This document shows, piece after piece, positions 1-8,940 of a stretch of 28,495 nt of DNA. The translations under genes and the position numbers were made by a program. This DNA is from an uncultured Clostridia bacterium (GTDB taxonomy: Bacteria > Bacillota > Clostridia > TANB77 > RGIG9151): assembly GCA_934500865.1 (NCBI GenBank), contig CAKSUD010000018.1:1-28495 (forward strand). The letters are read 5' to 3'. Positions within the stretch are counted from its first letter, which is position 1; each line of letters opens with the position of its first letter. The notes below the pieces were generated by a model. That model was not told the origin of the DNA and searched no databases. It saw only the letters and a program-made list of their open reading frames with translations.

Positions 1-1884
1 TGTAGATTTACCTGCCATATTAGGTCCGGTTAATATATCTATTTCATTTTCGTCAAAGTCCAAAAACGTATCGTTTGGAACAAACTCTCCCGAAGCCAAA
101 CATTTCTCCACAACAGGATGTCTTCCATCTTTGATATCAATTATGCCAGAATTATCAACTATAGGCTTTACATATCCATTTTTCTCAGCAGTTTCTGCTA
201 GTGACACCAAAGTATCTGTCTGTGCAATAATAGATGCAATTCTTTGTAACTTTTCAACCTGAGATGCAACATATTCTCTTACCTTGCAAAACAATTCATA
301 CTCCAGCACTATTATTTTTTCTTCTGCACCCAAAATCGTTTCTTCAATTTCTTTTAATTCTTCGGTAATATATCTTTCTTTATCTGATAAAGTCTGTTTT
401 CTTATATATGTGGATGGAACTAAATCAAAATAAGATTTAGTTACCTCTATATAGTACCCAAACACTTTATTAAAGCTAACTTTTAGGCTTTTAATACCTG
501 TTTTTTCACGTTCTCTTGCCTCTATCTCAGCAATTATAGACTTACCGTTAGTTCCGGCATATCTTAACTTGTCCACTTCATCGTTATAACCGGTCTTAAT
601 AATATTTCCGTCTTTTGTGCTAATCGGCGGTTCATCAACAATAGCCTTGTCTATTATATCTACAACATCCTCTGCTAATTCCAAATTATCGTTTAGTTCA
701 TTTAACAGTTGATTATCAAATTGAGCCAAAATTTCTTTTACCTCAGGTAATTTCATTAATGAAAGCTTTAATGCAACTAAATCTCTGCCGTTTGCACTAC
801 CATATACAACACGTCCGCTAAGACGCTCTATATCATAAATCTTATTTAATTTTTCAATTACATCAGACCTTAAAATAGGATTATTTTTAAGTACCTCAAC
901 CGCGCTATTTCTCTTATTAATTTTATTCACATCAATAAGAGGTCTCTCAAGCCAACTATGTATCATTCTTGCTCCCATAGCTGTATTTGTATTATCAACT
1001 ACCCACAGTAGCGTACCCTTTCTGTTCTTTTCGCGCATTGTTTCGGTAATTTCCAAGTTACGTCTTGTAGACATATCTATGCTCATATACTTTTCTGACT
1101 CATATACATCTAAATTATTTATATGCTCCAAATTAGCCTTTTGGATTTCAGAAAGGTATCTAAGTAGCGCACCTGTTGAAATATATGCAAGTGAAAACCT
1201 TTCTTTATTTTCACTAAAATTCTCAATATGCTTTTTTATTAAAGTAATAGCCTCACCCCTGTCAAAGAACTCATCTTCTGCCATAGAAATAAAACTGTTA
1301 AATCTCTTCCTAATTGAGCTTATTTCTGCTTCTTCATAAAATAGGGCTGAATTTACAACAATTTCAGATGGCTTTATTCTAGCTAGTTCATCAATCAAAC
1401 TCATAAAGCTTCCGCCACCTAAAAACTCGGTGCAAGAAATCTCACCGGTGGTAACATCTGCACTTGCCAGACCAAAATTAACACCTAATTTATATATAGC
1501 ACAAATGTAATTATTATTCTTTTCATCAAGCATTATACTGTCTATAACTGTACCCGGTGTAACAACTCTTATTATATCGCGCTTAACCAGTCCTTTAGCA
1601 AATCTCGGGTCTTCCATCTGTTCACAAATAGCGACTTTATGTCCTTTTTTAACCAGTCTCGATATATATGTCTCCGCAGCATGATAAGGAACGCCACACA
1701 TAGGTGCACGTTCCTCCTGTCCACAGTCTTTTCCGGTTAATGTAAGTTCGAGTTCACGAGATGCCAAAATAGCATCGTCGAAAAACATTTCATAGAAGTC
1801 TCCTACTCTAAAAAACATAATAGAATCTTTATTTTGTTCTTTCATCTCCAAATATTGCTTCATCATCGGTGTCATTTCTGCCAT
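1..1884 (-). CDS. mutS: DNA mismatch repair protein MutS, N-terminal ~628 aa (3' end lies beyond the left window edge)
   Basis: The minus-strand frame is open from 1893 to position 1; it is absent from the ORF track because it has no stop in the window. My translation is MEKMAEMTPMMKQYLEMKEQNKDSIMFFRVGDFYEMFFDDAILASRELELTLTGKD..., the canonical MutS domain I. Codons at 1-33 read LTGPNMAGKST, the MutS Walker A. AGGAG lies 1 nt before ATG 1893 and 10 nt before the in-frame ATG 1884, so 1884 is favoured; 1893 remains possible. Confidence 0.9.
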   Translation of the reverse strand, partial: MAEMTPMMKQYLEMKEQNKDSIMFFRVGDFYEMFFDDAILASRELELTLTGKDCGQEERAPMCGVPYHAAETYISRLVKKGHKVAICEQMEDPRFAKGLVKRDIIRVVTPGTVIDSIMLDEKNNNYICAIYKLGVNFGLASADVTTGEISCTEFLGGGSFMSLIDELARIKPSEIVVNSALFYEEAEISSIRKRFNSFISMAEDEFFDRGEAITLIKKHIENFSENKERFSLAYISTGALLRYLSEIQKANLEHINNLDVYESEKYMSIDMSTRRNLEITETMREKNRKGTLLWVVDNTNTAMGARMIHSWLERPLIDVNKINKRNSAVEVLKNNPILRSDVIEKLNKIYDIERLSGRVVYGSANGRDLVALKLSLMKLPEVKEILAQFDNQLLNELNDNLELAEDVVDIIDKAIVDEPPISTKDGNIIKTGYNDEVDKLRYAGTNGKSIIAEIEAREREKTGIKSLKVSFNKVFGYYIEVTKSYFDLVPSTYIRKQTLSDKERYITEELKEIEETILGAEEKIIVLEYELFCKVREYVASQVEKLQRIASIIAQTDTLVSLAETAEKNGYVKPIVDNSGIIDIKDGRHPVVEKCLASGEFVPNDTFLDFDENEIDILTGPNMAGKST

Positions 1885-1905
1885 TTTTTCCATTCTCCTT
1901 CTAGC

Positions 1906-3690
1906 CTATCTACATCTACTTTCTCTACTTCTTTGATTAACTTTAGGAAGTTCTTCACTTAGTAATTTTATTTTTTCAGCATTATCTCCAAAACCTTTTA
2001 TATATTCTTTGTATTTTCCTTGTTCAGCCTCAGTCTCGGGATATGTTTTACTCTTCTTTCCATTTGCTATACATTGCTTTAAATAACCGCTTCTATCCAT
2101 TTCAAGTTGTGCCATAAGCTTATTTACATCAGGTACTGCCAAAAATTCAGTAAAAAAATCATGCTTGCTATCGCGTGTCAAAATCTTGGCTGCTTTTAAA
2201 ATCTGTGCAATTTTAGTAACTTCCTCATTGCCAAACTCATTCTTTTTACCCTCTTCTACCGTTTTATTCTTCATAAAACCTTCAAAGCGATTAAAGTACA
2301 ATGCATCAATTACTTCATCTATATCAGCTTTTTCATTAAAAGCTCTATTTTCATAATTTTCTTCACTTTCAAAAGCATCATAAATACTAATAAGAGAATT
2401 AGCAAAAAGACTTCTTCTGTTTTTCATATCTTTTTCCAGGATTTCTCTTGTCCCTCTTATATGACCGCCTTCTCTTAACAATTTATCTGCAATTTTGTTA
2501 AATGTACAACCATTTTCAAACCTAACAATTGCATTAACTTGTGACTTAAGTTCGCCATTTACCTGCTTTTCATCTTCAAGTAGCATTTGCGACATATTCA
2601 TTTCTTTAGCAAATCTTATACATTCTGTCTTATCCTTGGCTTTTTCATTAAAATACTGTTCCATACCATTTAAGTACTCTAATAAAGTATTCACACCAAA
2701 TCTGCCCGCAATCTTCTTATATTCCTCTTCATTAGACTGAGCTATTAGCGGACACATTACCTCATAATAAAATTTTGTGCAATTGCTATACTCTTGGTGC
2801 AGTAAAATAGTATTTCCGATTTTTCTATCTAATGAATAATATTTACGCATAATGTTTCTGCCATCTTCTATCATCTGCTCAAACACTTGCTCTAAATCTT
2901 TTTTCTTTCCATTTTCATTATAGACTTTTTGAAGTATAGGGTAATTATATAAAGTTTTAGGATATCTCTTTACATACAAATCGCACATTCCCCTAAAAAA
3001 TGTATCGCGGTTTTCCATTTTCCCTTTTTCATATATTTTACCAATTTTTGAGTTAGTAAAGCTAATATCGTTAGCCTCTTTTATCTTTGAAATTATATCT
3101 TCCGGAATCTCTCCATAAAGCAAATCAGACATATTAAATCTTCCCCAAATGTCCGCATACGCCTCAGAGGTTAGTCTATCATAATTAAAATCATAAAAAG
3201 ACTCATCGGCAGCTGATTTTAGCACCATTTCATATGCCATCTCCAAAACTTCCGGTCTTAATCTACTACGATTTATAAAAGTTTTTTGCTTAGAATGTTC
3301 AACTTCGTGATAGATAGAAAGTAACATATCGCTTAAGCCTAAAATTCTTTTTTCCTTATCACCGGACCTAAAAAACTTTTGGTAAAAATACTCTACATTA
3401 ATCCATATACAAGTATCTTTAGTTATGTCCTCGGCCTCGCTAGAAAAGCCTAATGTAACTTCTTCGTCATCAATTTCTTCATTGTCTAAACTAGGTAAAG
3501 TCTCATCATTCTCTTGAAATTCCAATTTAATTCTGTATGCTCCACACTCAAGTTCAGCCAATTCTTTAACTGACGTCTTTAGCATATTAAAATCTTCCTC
3601 GTTTAAAGGTCTCTCATTTAAAATATCCGCAAGTCTTTTTACAATCTCTCTTTGTTTTTCTTCATTCCCCTTGATACTAACGCTTTCCAC
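1906..3690 (-). CDS. Hypothetical 594-aa cytoplasmic protein with HExxH (HEVEH) and a downstream EAYAD motif; putative gluzincin-like metallopeptidase
   Basis: Long uninterrupted ORF. GTG start at 3690 is preceded by GGGGGA 8 nt upstream. It is packed 25 nt after the miaB stop and 12 nt before the first candidate mutS ATG (1893). No signal peptide or TM segment is evident. HEVEH is at aa 128-132 (nt 3295-3309) and EAYAD at aa 176-180 (nt 3151-3165). I do not recognise the family. Confidence 0.75.
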   Translation of the reverse strand: MESVSIKGNEEKQREIVKRLADILNERPLNEEDFNMLKTSVKELAELECGAYRIKLEFQENDETLPSLDNEEIDDEEVTLGFSSEAEDITKDTCIWINVEYFYQKFFRSGDKEKRILGLSDMLLSIYHEVEHSKQKTFINRSRLRPEVLEMAYEMVLKSAADESFYDFNYDRLTSEAYADIWGRFNMSDLLYGEIPEDIISKIKEANDISFTNSKIGKIYEKGKMENRDTFFRGMCDLYVKRYPKTLYNYPILQKVYNENGKKKDLEQVFEQMIEDGRNIMRKYYSLDRKIGNTILLHQEYSNCTKFYYEVMCPLIAQSNEEEYKKIAGRFGVNTLLEYLNGMEQYFNEKAKDKTECIRFAKEMNMSQMLLEDEKQVNGELKSQVNAIVRFENGCTFNKIADKLLREGGHIRGTREILEKDMKNRRSLFANSLISIYDAFESEENYENRAFNEKADIDEVIDALYFNRFEGFMKNKTVEEGKKNEFGNEEVTKIAQILKAAKILTRDSKHDFFTEFLAVPDVNKLMAQLEMDRSGYLKQCIANGKKSKTYPETEAEQGKYKEYIKGFGDNAEKIKLLSEELPKVNQRSRESRCR

Positions 3691-3715
3691 TAACTTTATC
3701 CCCCGCTCTTTTAAG

Positions 3716-5119
3716 TTATTGTACTTTTATTTTCCCCGTTAAATACCACTTTCTCTGCTCCGTAATTTCTAAATCTATCATATTTCCAATAAGTTCATCC
3801 GAACCTTCAAAATTAACGACCTTACCGCCGTCTGTTCTTCCGGTTAATGTATTCTCATTAGTCTTACTATGACCTTCAACTAAAACTTTTTGAACTGTTC
3901 CTACTAATTTTGCATTCTCTTCTTCTAAAATTTCATTAACAACATTAATGAGTCTTCCGATTCTCTCAGTTTTTATCTTCTCATCTACTTGGTCCTCCAT
4001 TCTAGCCGCTGGAGTTCCTTCTCTCTTTGAATATACAAACGTAAATGCTGAATAATATCTTACCTTCTTTACAACATCCATTGTATCTAAAAAGTCTTCT
4101 TCAGTTTCACCAGGGAAACCAACAATTATGTCCGTTGTAAACAGTACATCAGGAATTTTATTTCTTATTTTTTCAACTAAGCTTAAATATTGCTCCTTTG
4201 TATATTTTCTATTCATTCTTTTTAGAATACTACTGCTACCGGATTGCAATGGTAAATGTAGACATCTAGAAATCTTTGGCTCTATTGCTATCAAATCAAT
4301 TAGCTCGTCTGAGAAATCCTTAGGATGAGGACTAACAAATCTTATTCTCTCAATTCCCTCAATCTTAGCTACTTTTTCTAAAAGTTTAGCAAACGACATA
4401 GGGTTCTCCAGATCTTTACCATAAGAATTTACATTCTGACCAAGCAAAGTAATTTCCTTATATCCGTCTTTGGCTAACTGTTTAACCTCTTTAACAATAT
4501 TCTCAGGTTCTCTGCTTCTCTCTCTTCCTCTTACATACGGCACTATGCAATATGAACAAAAATTATTGCAACCATACATAATAGTAACAGACGCCTTTAT
4601 ATTGCTATCTCTTTTAATCGGCATATCCTCGGCAATCGTGCCATCAATATCCCAAATTTCAATAACCTTCTTTTCCTCAGTTATAGACTTATACAAAAGT
4701 TCAGGAAATTGATATAAATTATGCGTACCAAAAATTATATCTAAATGCTGTCCATGAGTCTTATTAAACTTTTCAACCATATGAGGCTCTTGTGCCATAC
4801 AACCACCAAGAGCAATAACCATATCCGGTTTACTACGCTTTAATGACTTAAAGTATCCCAACTGCCCCAAAATTTTATCCTCAGCATTCTCTCTAACACA
4901 GCAAGTATTAAAAATAACTAAATCTGCCTCTTCAAGCGCTTCTGTAGCCACATAGCCCATTTTTTCTACCATACCCGAAATCTTCTCAGACTCGTTCTCA
5001 TTTAATTGGCATCCCATCGTAAAAAGATGATACTTTTTCCCCTTAACTAAATGAGTTAATTTTTCAATATATTTGTTTTGCTCATCAATTTCTTCAGTTG
5101 TTAATACCTTTATAGCCAT
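3716..5119 (-). CDS. miaB: tRNA-i6A37 methylthiotransferase MiaB (radical SAM)
   Basis: 467 aa. N-terminal UPF0004 pattern (FTMGCQLNENESE...NTCCVRE), radical-SAM CxxxCxxC (CNNFCSYC) and a C-terminal TRAM-like end. The miaB-mutS neighbourhood is typical of Firmicutes. Confidence 0.93.
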   Translation of the reverse strand: MAIKVLTTEEIDEQNKYIEKLTHLVKGKKYHLFTMGCQLNENESEKISGMVEKMGYVATEALEEADLVIFNTCCVRENAEDKILGQLGYFKSLKRSKPDMVIALGGCMAQEPHMVEKFNKTHGQHLDIIFGTHNLYQFPELLYKSITEEKKVIEIWDIDGTIAEDMPIKRDSNIKASVTIMYGCNNFCSYCIVPYVRGRERSREPENIVKEVKQLAKDGYKEITLLGQNVNSYGKDLENPMSFAKLLEKVAKIEGIERIRFVSPHPKDFSDELIDLIAIEPKISRCLHLPLQSGSSSILKRMNRKYTKEQYLSLVEKIRNKIPDVLFTTDIIVGFPGETEEDFLDTMDVVKKVRYYSAFTFVYSKREGTPAARMEDQVDEKIKTERIGRLINVVNEILEEENAKLVGTVQKVLVEGHSKTNENTLTGRTDGGKVVNFEGSDELIGNMIDLEITEQRKWYLTGKIKVQ

Positions 5120-5131
5120 TTTTACACCCTT

Positions 5132-5626
5132 TCACTTATTCTCTACTAAATTATCATAAAAACTTTTCTTGTATTCCTCTATTTTATCCATATCAACTGT
5201 ACCAATCTTAAAAATTATTTGTTCGTTTAAAATTTTATATATTACATCCGTCTTTACTATACTATCTTTTTTCAATTCTTTATTAGTTTTAAATCTTAAT
5301 TTGTCCAAATTAGATGATAAAAGCATCCCAAAATTTTCTATAGGCACTGCCGTATTATCCTTATCTATTATTACAAAGAAATGATTATTACCTGCTTTAC
5401 CATTAGAATACATATATTCTTTAACAAATACGATATCACCAATTTCATATTCAACACCATAAGTTACTGTTTCTTCTCTTAATACATTCTCTATTTTTCC
5501 TTTATGCCATTCTTCCTCAATAGGAAATTCTTCAAAAGCTTCTTTAATATCTCTAACTTTATTGTACTTATAGGCTATTTTTAAAAAATCACTCACTTCT
5601 TTCACTCTATGCTCCCCCCTTTTCAT
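5132..5626 (-). CDS. MazF/PemK-fold-like protein with an N-terminal extension (orphan, function unknown)
   Basis: GDIVFVKEYMYSNGKAGNNHFFVIID parallels the E. coli MazF segment GDLIWVDFDPTKGSEQAGHRPAVVLS. SIVKTDVIYKI...KIGTVDMDKIEEYKKSF parallels ALADQVKSI...KKGTVAPEELQLIKAKI. The true start is probably GTG at 5605 (GGGGGGAG 6 nt upstream) rather than ATG 5626, which has only a weak RBS. Confidence 0.6.
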   Translation of the reverse strand: MKRGEHRVKEVSDFLKIAYKYNKVRDIKEAFEEFPIEEEWHKGKIENVLREETVTYGVEYEIGDIVFVKEYMYSNGKAGNNHFFVIIDKDNTAVPIENFGMLLSSNLDKLRFKTNKELKKDSIVKTDVIYKILNEQIIFKIGTVDMDKIEEYKKSFYDNLVENK

Positions 5627-5743
5627 TACGCCTATCGTTTTATTGTATTTTTTTATTACCTATACAAAAAATAAATATATAATTTTTTCATAATCAATCT
5701 CCCTCTTCATTTATTTCATGTATTATGATAATAAAATGTTTTC

Positions 5744-7174
5744 CTAATTATTTAATCTTTCTACAATTAACTTATTAATAACCTGTGGATTAGCCTTTCC
5801 ACGACTTTCCTTCATTACTTGCCCTACTAAAAATCCTACAACATTAGTCTTACCACGTTTGTAATCCTCTATTGATTGTGGGTTATTCACAATAACTTTG
5901 TCCACCATTTCTAAAATAGCAGACTCATCACTAACCTGTGCAAGGCCTTTTTGGGCAATTATTTCCGAAACCTTTTTGCCGGTAGCCAAAATTTCCTCAA
6001 ATACAGTCTTACCTGCTGTATTACTAATAGTGCCTTTAGTAATTTCTTTTATTAACTCAGCCAAAGTTTCAGGGCTTATTTCAATTTCATTAATAGAAAT
6101 CTCTCTTTCATTTAATACTTTAGAAATATCACCCAAAATCCAGTTACTTGCAGACTTAGGAACGGCACCGAAAGAAACTGTCTTGTCGAAATATTCAGAT
6201 AAATCTTTGCTAGACGAAATAAGTTCAGCATCGTACTCTGTCAACTTATATTCTGTTAAATACCTAGCTTTCTTTACATCAGGAAGTTCAGGTAAATTCT
6301 TTCTAATATCTTCTATGTATTCTTTCGTTAAAACTATCGGTACTAAATCCGGCTCTGGGAAATATCTATAATCTTGAGCATTTTCCTTAGTTCTCATAAC
6401 AACGCTTTCGCCTTTATCTTCATCCCATCTTCTAGTTTCTTGATGTATTTCTCCACCATTTTCTACTACTTCAATTTGTCTCTTAATCTCAGTATCAATA
6501 GCGTGTCCGGTTGCACTAAATGAGCTTATGTTCTTCATTTCAGTTCTCATACCGAATTTGTCTGAACCTTTAGGCATAATTGAAACGTTAACGTCACATC
6601 TTAGTGAACCTTCTTGCATTTTACAGTCAGACACCTCTATGTATTTTAATATAGTTCTAATCTTTTCAAGTAGTGCCTTAGCTTCATCAGAATTTCTCAT
6701 ATCCGGCTCAGTTACGATTTCAATAAGTGGAACTCCGCATCTGTTCATATCTACTAATGTACCATTGCCCCAAGCATTATGAAGTAACTTTCCGGCATCT
6801 TCCTCTATGTGAATTCTTGTAATTCCGATTCTCTTAGTTGTACCATTTACCTCTACATCCAAGTAACCATTCTTACAAAGTGGCAAATCATATTGAGAAA
6901 TTTGATATGCTTTAGGTAAATCAGGATAAAAATAGTTTTTTCTATCTTGTTTGCTAAATAGTGAAATTTCACAATTCATAGCAAGTCCGGCCTTTACCGC
7001 ATATTCAACAACTTTTTTATTCATAATCGGCAATGTACCGGGCATACCTGTACATATTGGACAGCAATGTGTATTTACATCGCCCCCAAATTCTGTTGTA
7101 CAATTACAAAATATCTTAGTCTTTGTAGCTAACTCTGAATGTATCTCTAAACCTATAACACTTTCGTATTCCAT
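5744..7174 (-). CDS. gatB: Asp/Glu-tRNA(Asn/Gln) amidotransferase subunit B
   Basis: MEYESVIGLEIHSEL... is the canonical GatB N-terminus, and a GatB/YqeY C-terminal domain is present. The start is moved from the track's 7195 to ATG 7174 because AGGAG (7182-7186) sits 7 nt upstream and this avoids an overlap with gatA. Confidence 0.95.
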   Translation of the reverse strand: MEYESVIGLEIHSELATKTKIFCNCTTEFGGDVNTHCCPICTGMPGTLPIMNKKVVEYAVKAGLAMNCEISLFSKQDRKNYFYPDLPKAYQISQYDLPLCKNGYLDVEVNGTTKRIGITRIHIEEDAGKLLHNAWGNGTLVDMNRCGVPLIEIVTEPDMRNSDEAKALLEKIRTILKYIEVSDCKMQEGSLRCDVNVSIMPKGSDKFGMRTEMKNISSFSATGHAIDTEIKRQIEVVENGGEIHQETRRWDEDKGESVVMRTKENAQDYRYFPEPDLVPIVLTKEYIEDIRKNLPELPDVKKARYLTEYKLTEYDAELISSSKDLSEYFDKTVSFGAVPKSASNWILGDISKVLNEREISINEIEISPETLAELIKEITKGTISNTAGKTVFEEILATGKKVSEIIAQKGLAQVSDESAILEMVDKVIVNNPQSIEDYKRGKTNVVGFLVGQVMKESRGKANPQVINKLIVERLNN

Positions 7175-7184
7175 ATTCTCACTC

Positions 7185-8612
7185 CTACTCTTCACACTTA
7201 CGTGCGACTCTTAAAATTGTCTTTTCATCAAAAGCTTTACCTATAATCTGAATACCTATTGGAAGTCCTTTGCTATCCTTTGCAACAGGTACAGAAATTG
7301 CTGGAACACCGGCAATATTTACAGGAACCGTACAAACATCTGATAAATACATTTCAAGTGGATTCTCAGACTTTTCACCAATCTTAAAAGCTGTTGTAGG
7401 AGCAGTTGGTCCGATGATAACATCATACTTACTAAAAGCTTTATTAAACTCATTTATTACCAAAGTTCTAGCCTTTAGTGCCTTTTTATAATAAGCATCA
7501 TAGTAACCTGAGCTTAAAACATAAGTGCCAAGCATAATTCTTCTCTTTACTTCCGGGCCAAATCCTTCACTTCTACTATTTTCATATAAATCATTTAATG
7601 TATCTGAGTTTTTACTTCTATATCCATACTTTACTCCATCAAATCTAGACAAATTTGAACTTGCCTCTGCTGAAGATAAAATATAATAAATAGACAAAGC
7701 ATAATCAACTATCGGCATTGAGAACTCTTCAACAATAGCTCCCTTTCCCTTTAATTCTTCAACCTTTTTCATAATAGCTTCTTTTACTTCCGCATTAATT
7801 CCTTCTCCAAAGAATTCACAAGGGAGTCCAATTTTTAAGCCCTTTATATCATCATTTAAGCCTTCTGTATAATCGGTAATTCCTGTATCAACAGAAGTTG
7901 CATCACTGTCATCCCTACCAGAAATAGCATTCATAACTAAAGCACAGTCAGTAACATCCTTTCCAAAAGGTCCGATTTGGTCTAATGAAGATGCAAAAGC
8001 AACAAGACCGAATCTAGAAACAGTTCCATAAGTAGGCTTTAATCCAACGATACCACAAAAAGATGCAGGTTCACGAATAGAGCCACCTGTATCAGAACCA
8101 AGTGAAATTATAGCTTCATCAGCAGCAACCGCAGCAGCAGAACCGCCACTAGAACCGCCCGGCACACATTCAGCATTGTGTGGGTTTGTAGTCTTGTAAA
8201 AAGCTGAATTCTCAGTAGAACCACCCATTGCAAACTCATCCAAGTTAGTTTTACCAATTAAAATACATTTGTTTTCATTTAGTTTTTCTATAACAGTAGC
8301 ATTATACGGAGGCACAAAATCCTCAAGCATCTTAGATGCACAAGTTGTTTTAACTCCCTTTGTACAAATATTATCTTTTATCGCAACAGGAATACCAGCT
8401 AAAACCGGCATATCCTTACCGGCATCAAACTCAGCTTGAATTTCTTCAGCTTTCTTTAATGCATTTTCTTTATCTAAAGAAATATACGCCTTAACCGTAT
8501 CTTCTCTTTCTTCAATTCTCTTAAAAACAGACTCCACTACCTTCGGAACAGTAGTTTCTTTATTTCTATACATCTTCGCAAGTTCATGCGCAGTATATTC
8601 ATACAATTCCAT
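7185..8612 (-). CDS. gatA: Glu-tRNA(Gln) amidotransferase subunit A
   Basis: 475 aa. Amidase signature [12 protein letters not shown] plus GSDTGGSIR. It sits in gatC-gatA-gatB order. Confidence 0.95.
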   Translation of the reverse strand: MELYEYTAHELAKMYRNKETTVPKVVESVFKRIEEREDTVKAYISLDKENALKKAEEIQAEFDAGKDMPVLAGIPVAIKDNICTKGVKTTCASKMLEDFVPPYNATVIEKLNENKCILIGKTNLDEFAMGGSTENSAFYKTTNPHNAECVPGGSSGGSAAAVAADEAIISLGSDTGGSIREPASFCGIVGLKPTYGTVSRFGLVAFASSLDQIGPFGKDVTDCALVMNAISGRDDSDATSVDTGITDYTEGLNDDIKGLKIGLPCEFFGEGINAEVKEAIMKKVEELKGKGAIVEEFSMPIVDYALSIYYILSSAEASSNLSRFDGVKYGYRSKNSDTLNDLYENSRSEGFGPEVKRRIMLGTYVLSSGYYDAYYKKALKARTLVINEFNKAFSKYDVIIGPTAPTTAFKIGEKSENPLEMYLSDVCTVPVNIAGVPAISVPVAKDSKGLPIGIQIIGKAFDEKTILRVARKCEE

Positions 8613-8658
8613 AATATTCTTCCTTTCTTATAGTAAAAAGTCGATTCTCTTAAGCTTT

Positions 8659-8940
8659 CTACTGAACACTTGGTACAACCAAACAACCAGCCTCTTTAAC
8701 AGGTGCATTTGCTATAATATCATTTCTATTATACGAAGGCTTTACTTCATCTTCTCTCATCACATTTTGCACCTTTAAAATGTGATTTGTAGGTTCAACA
8801 TTTTCAGTATCTAATTCGCTTATCTTATTAGCAAACTCAACAATTCCGTCCATTTGATGTGTTAATGTTTCCATTTCACTTTCAGGTATTTTTAGCTTTG
8901 CAAGTTTAGCAACATACTCAATATCCTTATTTGTTATCAT
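8659..8940 (-). CDS. gatC: Glu-tRNA(Gln) amidotransferase subunit C
   Basis: MITNKDIEYVAKLAKLKI... matches the GatC N-terminal pattern. The start is placed at the internal ATG 8940 (AAGGA 8 nt upstream) rather than the track's 8961. Confidence 0.9.
   Translation of the reverse strand: MITNKDIEYVAKLAKLKIPESEMETLTHQMDGIVEFANKISELDTENVEPTNHILKVQNVMREDEVKPSYNRNDIIANAPVKEAGCLVVPSVQ

Noticed and set aside
5660-5710. 16-codon minus-strand ORF (MKREIDYEKIIYLFFV) in the gatB / MazF-like spacer, as a possible antitoxin or leader peptide.
   Set aside because: It has no RBS, is very short, and has an AT-driven composition. It is indistinguishable from chance.
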